Positions 59,961 to 63,575 of a stretch of DNA of 63,575 bases are shown in pieces. The translations under genes were made by a program, and so were the position numbers. Under the pieces are notes generated by a model. The model ran no database searches. It was given only the letters and a program-made list of their open reading frames with translations, and had not been told where the DNA came from. Every line of letters begins with the position of its first letter. Position 1 is the first letter of the stretch. The stretch is from an uncultured Candidatus Saccharibacteria bacterium (lineage in GTDB: Bacteria > Patescibacteriota > Minisyncoccia > Phycocordibacterales > JBBTRF01). The stretch spans positions 1 through 63,575 of the forward strand of contig CAZRTH010000004.1 in assembly GCA_964602975.1 (NCBI GenBank), in the 5' to 3' direction.

Positions 59961-60671
59961 TTACCGTCCTACCTGCTCATCCTCCTCATAGAAAAAGGGT
60001 AGCGAGTCGATTTTGCCATTGCGAATAGCGATGAGCACTTTGGCGATGGCCTTGAGAGAGTCGAACTCGGCCGATTCATTTTGGATCGCTTGATCGATCG
60101 GCACCCACATATTTTTTCCGAATTCCGTGTCGGTCAATTCACCAGTGTGAGTAGCGGCGTAGGCGATAGGGAAGAAGATATCCGAGAACAGCTCATCTTT
60201 CACATACAACATTCGGCGCTGGATGCCGACTAGCTTAAAAGTAGCACTTAGCCCGGTCTCTGCTTTCAATTTTCGTGCTGCGGCCTGTTCAACAGGCTCG
60301 GCTTTTTGGACGATACCGCCAGGAACACCGATTTTACCAAAAGAGGGATGACTTTGCCGAAGTTGGTTGAGGATCTCGATTTTTCCATCGCGAATGCGAG
60401 AAACGATCGTGATGACATTCACCTTAAAGAGACTTGCGATCTTTTCCCGCCCGCCATCTAAATGGGGGTCTGCGACATGCTTGATACCGCTCTGCGCGAG
60501 AGAGTACCCGTCATCCATGCGCTCCACCAACCCCTTTTTCACGAGAAATTGCAGGTGATAGTTGAAGAGGTCGTTTGGAATCTTTCCCGGCGCGAGTTCA
60601 CTGTACCGAAGTTGCTTCGCGTTCTTGAGTTTGGTGAGAATATGGTTTTGGATGGGGGAGAAGGAAGGCAT
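59961..60671 (-). CDS. Winged-helix (ArsR-like) plus Nudix hydrolase fusion protein
   Basis: 236 aa. N-terminal wHTH pattern (ILTKLKNAKQLRYSELA...FLVKKGLVE) and Nudix box GGIVQKAEPVEQAAARKLKAETGL. Confidence 0.78.
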   Translation of the reverse strand: MPSFSPIQNHILTKLKNAKQLRYSELAPGKIPNDLFNYHLQFLVKKGLVERMDDGYSLAQSGIKHVADPHLDGGREKIASLFKVNVITIVSRIRDGKIEILNQLRQSHPSFGKIGVPGGIVQKAEPVEQAAARKLKAETGLSATFKLVGIQRRMLYVKDELFSDIFFPIAYAATHTGELTDTEFGKNMWVPIDQAIQNESAEFDSLKAIAKVLIAIRNGKIDSLPFFYEEDEQVGR

Positions 60672-60785
60672 TGTTGCAGGTATCTTAGCAGAAAATCCAA
60701 AATAGGTAACGCAGATCGCCGATTCACCCCTTGTAACGCTTTCCCTGTAAAAACGGCATCAATGCATCAGCCAATCATACCCATC

Positions 60786-62204
60786 ATGAAATCATACGGA
60801 AACACAAAAACTCATTTTCTCCAAATACTCAGTAGCTTAGCCCTATTTGCTTTTCTATTCACCGCTTCTCCAGTCTTAGCCCACAGAAGCCCTGCTGGCT
60901 GTAGCGGCAGTGGTCTTGGTATCGAGCTATACGCCACGCCGCAACAAGTTCCGATCGGCGGTGTTGTGTCCTACTCTGTGACTGTATACAACGGCAACGG
61001 AGGCCCGGTCTCCTGCGACGCTACCGGTATTCAAGCATTCATCGTGACACCCGATGGGCAAAGCCACCCTCTAGCACTCGTACGAACGACTCTCTCGAAC
61101 GGGCAGTTTGATGTGTACTCCGACGTCGTTAGCTACACCGCGCGTGCGCAAGACGTCTCAGCTGGCGGCATCTTGGCGGCAACAGCAAATGATACCGGAG
61201 ACGTTCATCAGAATAATACGGACAGTAGAGGAGGCGGTTTTCAAGGGTTGAATGTCACGATCGGCACCACTCCGCCTCCTCCAGTAGTGCCACCACCTCC
61301 AGTGACTCCGCCACCTTCTTCTTTTGCTCCGTTGCCATTGATCGATATTGTGAAGATCGCCTATCCGCCTTCACTTCCTTCCGGTCCCGGCTCCGTCACG
61401 TTTAGCTACTCGGTAATAAACACTGCTACTGTGACGATGCGCGGTGTTTGGGTGAAAGATGACAAATGTAGTCCGGTCACCTTCGTCTCCGGCGATGCCA
61501 ACAGCGACTCGTTGCTCCAGGTTGGCGAATCTTGGCTGTTTGAATGTACAAAAATAGTCAGCCAAACGGAGACAAATATTGCCATCACTCATGGTCAGGC
61601 AAATGGTTGGGATACATACGACACGGCAAGCACGACTGTCGTCGTCAGTCTTCCGCCACCACCCGTTCCGCAATTCTTCACTCCACCGATCATTCCGAAC
61701 TTCCCGAATGCCGGAGTTTCACCAACTCTTACGTCCGTCTTCGTTGCCAAGACCGATCGTCCTGGAATGCCGGTTCGACTGCTGATCCCACAGATCGGGG
61801 TAGACGCTGAGATTGAGTCTGTGAACATCACTTCAAATGGAGCACTTGCAGTCCCAAAGGGACCCACTCGAGTAGGTTGGTTTGATCTCGGTGCTCGGCC
61901 AGGGGAGGTCGGCACAGCGGTGATCGATGGTCACTTTGGTTGGTACAAGAAACAGCCGGCAGTATTTGATAATTTGAGACTCCTTCGCCAAGGCGACAAG
62001 ATCTCCGTAGTGGATGATGCTGGCGTCACAGTGAAGTTTGTCGTGCGCGAAGTGAAGACTTTCGCATGGAACGAAGACACTCAATCGGTATTCACCTCAA
62101 ATGATGGCAAGGCGCATCTCAATCTGATCACCTGTGGCGGTCTGTGGGACACGGTCCTGAACATGTTCTCGCGAAGAGTGGTGGTATTTGCGGAGAGGGA
62201 GTAG
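60786..62204 (+). CDS. Secreted sortase-domain protein fused to two Ig-like (DUF11/CARDB-like) modules
   Basis: Start at the ATG at 60786 gives a signal peptide (ILSSLALFAFLFTASPVLA). Two beta-rich modules are separated by PPPP linkers. The C-terminal sortase pattern is LLIPQIGVDAEI...VIDGH...LNLITCGG...RRVVVFAE. Confidence 0.75.
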   Translation: MKSYGNTKTHFLQILSSLALFAFLFTASPVLAHRSPAGCSGSGLGIELYATPQQVPIGGVVSYSVTVYNGNGGPVSCDATGIQAFIVTPDGQSHPLALVRTTLSNGQFDVYSDVVSYTARAQDVSAGGILAATANDTGDVHQNNTDSRGGGFQGLNVTIGTTPPPPVVPPPPVTPPPSSFAPLPLIDIVKIAYPPSLPSGPGSVTFSYSVINTATVTMRGVWVKDDKCSPVTFVSGDANSDSLLQVGESWLFECTKIVSQTETNIAITHGQANGWDTYDTASTTVVVSLPPPPVPQFFTPPIIPNFPNAGVSPTLTSVFVAKTDRPGMPVRLLIPQIGVDAEIESVNITSNGALAVPKGPTRVGWFDLGARPGEVGTAVIDGHFGWYKKQPAVFDNLRLLRQGDKISVVDDAGVTVKFVVREVKTFAWNEDTQSVFTSNDGKAHLNLITCGGLWDTVLNMFSRRVVVFAERE

Positions 62205-62221
62205 TGGAGTTGAGAGGCGGG

Positions 62222-63127
62222 CTATTTTTTGATTAAGAGGTATTTCAGTAATGCCATTCGGACATAGAGTCCGTGCTCAGCCTGTTTGAAATACAAAGCC
62301 TTCGGTGAAGCATCTACTTCTGGTAGGATCTCATCGATTCTCGGCAGGGGGTGCATGATGATCGCTTTAGTTTTCATGAGTGAGACCAATTTTAGGTCAA
62401 TACGATAGCAACCCTTCACTTTCTGGTATTCAGCATCGTTTCTAAACCGTTCTTTTTGGATGCGGGTCTGGTACAGCACGTCGATTTTTCCGATCACGGT
62501 TCGCAGGTCGGTGATCTCTTCGTACTCGACACTGTGTTTTTCCAAGTAGGCCTTAATGTCGTCGCCGACTCGTAGTGCCACTGGCGAGACGAAAGAAATG
62601 TGGACTTTTTTGTACTTGCCCAATAAATAGGCGAGCGAGCGGATTGTGCGACCGTGCTTCAGGTCGCCGACAAACGCGATTTTGATCCCATCAATGCGGC
62701 CGAGTTCTTTTTTGATCGTGTATAGATCGAGAAGCGCTTGGGTGGGGTGTTGGCCGGTACCGTCGCCGGCATTGATGATCGGCACTAGCGATATTTTTGC
62801 TGCTCTTTCGGATGAGCCGGATTCGTAGTGACGTAGTACGATGACATCGGCGTAATTGTTCACAACGCGGATCGAGTCCTCGAGCGTCTCACCTTTTGCC
62901 GCGGAAGAAAATTCTCTCGCGTTTTCGGTGGTGATGACATTTCCACCCAAACGGATCATTGCTGACTCAAAAGAAAACCGAGTTCTGGTACTCGGTTCAT
63001 AGAACAGGGAGGCCATTATTTTCCCCTTGAGCGGGGCGCCCGGTTTCTTTTTCAGGGCGTCGGCGATAGAGAAGATTACGTTGATACGTTTTTGATCAAA
63101 CTGCTGGGATTCGACGAGATGGTGCAT
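62222..63127 (-). CDS. pyrB: Aspartate carbamoyltransferase catalytic subunit
   Basis: STRTRFSFE, HPTQALLD and HPLPR motifs; 301 aa. Confidence 0.92.
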   Translation of the reverse strand: MHHLVESQQFDQKRINVIFSIADALKKKPGAPLKGKIMASLFYEPSTRTRFSFESAMIRLGGNVITTENAREFSSAAKGETLEDSIRVVNNYADVIVLRHYESGSSERAAKISLVPIINAGDGTGQHPTQALLDLYTIKKELGRIDGIKIAFVGDLKHGRTIRSLAYLLGKYKKVHISFVSPVALRVGDDIKAYLEKHSVEYEEITDLRTVIGKIDVLYQTRIQKERFRNDAEYQKVKGCYRIDLKLVSLMKTKAIIMHPLPRIDEILPEVDASPKALYFKQAEHGLYVRMALLKYLLIKK

Positions 63128-63164
63128 TGATAGTATCTTAGCTCATTTGGGCGGCAAGGCAAAG

Positions 63165-63192
63165 TTGACAGCGTTGGGTCAAAATATAAAAT
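63165..63192 (+). promoter_or_regulatory. Sigma70 promoter positioned for a leaderless transcript
   Basis: TTGACA (63165-63170), 16-nt spacer, TAAAAT (63187-63192). The ATG at 63200 lies 8 nt after the -10. Confidence 0.5.
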
Positions 63193-63199
63193 GTACCCC

Positions 63200-63319
63200 A
63201 TGAGTAAAGACTCGACTCTAGAAAAGGATATTAAAAAAGCCCGGGCAGATTTTACCAAAGGCAATTTCAATGGTCCCTTTTCTGGTGAGGAGTTTATTGA
63301 GCACCTGAAGAGTCTTTAG
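63200..63319 (+). CDS. Hypothetical 39-aa protein
   Basis: Not in the ORF track. MSKDSTLEKDIKKARADFTKGNFNGPFSGEEFIEHLKSL with stop TAG at 63317-63319. There is no homology evidence. Confidence 0.3.
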   Translation: MSKDSTLEKDIKKARADFTKGNFNGPFSGEEFIEHLKSL

Positions 63320-63461
63320 GTGTGGTCAGGGATAATCTCCTCGCCGTCGCTCGGAGATTTCCCACCACACTAAAGAGTGTGGTCAGGCGTCGTTTGCTCG
63401 TCGTCACTCGCAAACGCGCCCGACCCGGCCTCGGCTGTTTTGCCTGCTGGCAAAACATGCC
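63320..63461. repeat. Three consecutive structured hairpins; two share architecture and loop with different stems
   Basis: H1 (63320-63370) and H2 (63381-63425) both start within GTGTGGTCAGG and carry 12-nt loops TCGCCGTCGCTC and TCGTCGTCACTC. Their inner stems differ (AATCTCC/GGAGATT versus CGTTTGC/GCAAACG). H3 is GTTTTGCC-tgct-GGCAAAAC (63437-63456). Confidence 0.7.
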
Positions 63462-63469
63462 TCCGGCTC

Positions 63470-63517
63470 GCACAAGGCGAAAAAATCCGGAGCAGTCCGG
63501 ATTTTTTCGCCTTGTGC
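63470..63517. terminator. Perfect 22-bp hairpin / bidirectional terminator abutting tRNA-Lys
   Basis: GCACAAGGCGAAAAAATCCGGA-gcag-TCCGGATTTTTTCGCCTTGTGC. The inner part (ATCCGGA...TCCGGAT flanked by A6/T6) is a classic bidirectional terminator. Confidence 0.7.
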
Positions 63518-63575
63518 GCCCGGTTGGAATCGAACCAACGACCCTCTGCGTAAAAGGCAGGTGCTCTACCGACTG
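63515..63575 (-). tRNA. tRNA-Lys (anticodon UUU), 5' end cut by the window edge
   Basis: Minus sense: ...CAGTCGGTAGAGC-A-CCTGC/CTTTTAC/GCAGA-GGGTC-GTTGG/TTCGATT/CCAAC-CGGGCGC-A. Confidence 0.8.

Noticed and set aside
63320-63461. Possible CRISPR array (also considered for 11728-11790)
   Set aside because: The repeat units are not separated by unique spacers of regular length. There are only 2-3 units and no cas genes. The 8-bp TTCTTGAT repeats are far too short.
1-63575. Alternative genetic code (UGA as Gly, as in some CPR lineages)
   Set aside because: Well-supported genes end at UGA, for example 22784-22786. Conserved proteins are full length with standard translation, and there are no in-frame UGAs in conserved domains.

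Overview
This is a 63.6-kb chromosomal window with compact gene packing and the standard genetic code: UGA, UAA and UAG all end good ORFs. The gene content suggests a Patescibacteria/CPR-type bacterium (inference only). Supporting content: an S1-less PNPase, a MurE-like ligase next to a FemAB-like gene, PrgI/VirB4/pilin-like genes, and many small secreted hypothetical proteins. The window spans the replication-origin region (yidC-rnpA-rpmH | dnaA-dnaN) with a DnaA-box cluster and an AT-rich unwinding element. It also holds three tRNAs (one cut by the window edge) and about 55 protein genes. Replication and repair genes are dnaA, dnaN, polA, a holA-like gene, pcrA, ruvB, ruvC, xth and a Xer recombinase. 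RNA and translation genes are cca, rpsO, pnp, rsmA, tsaE, tyrS, rnpA and rpmH. Envelope genes are murE, a femAB-like gene, a LysM-M23 peptidase, PBP1A, lnt, yidC, a sortase fusion and NfeD-flotillin. The main finding is a 13.5-kb, 13-gene, same-strand operon (21.35-34.9 kb) next to the origin. It encodes a type IV secretion-like apparatus: a PrgI/VirB3-like protein, a VirB4 ATPase, a VirB6/TrbL-like polytopic protein, a pilin-like protein and 8-9 secreted or membrane proteins I cannot assign. It has no relaxase, coupling protein or integrase in the window. Secondary findings are listed here. A ~0.4-kb structured RNA is bounded by a promoter and a terminator, and I cannot assign it to RNase P or tmRNA by eye. 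Two further ncRNA candidates are present. Two long perfect inverted repeats lie in the rpmH-dnaA spacer. An array of hairpins shows compensatory stem changes around a conserved loop. A small accessory islet (GC-rich ORF, ultra-basic 31-aa ORF, RHH-RelE toxin-antitoxin pair) splits the ruv locus. All functional calls rest on motifs read by eye from the ORF track; no database search was run.
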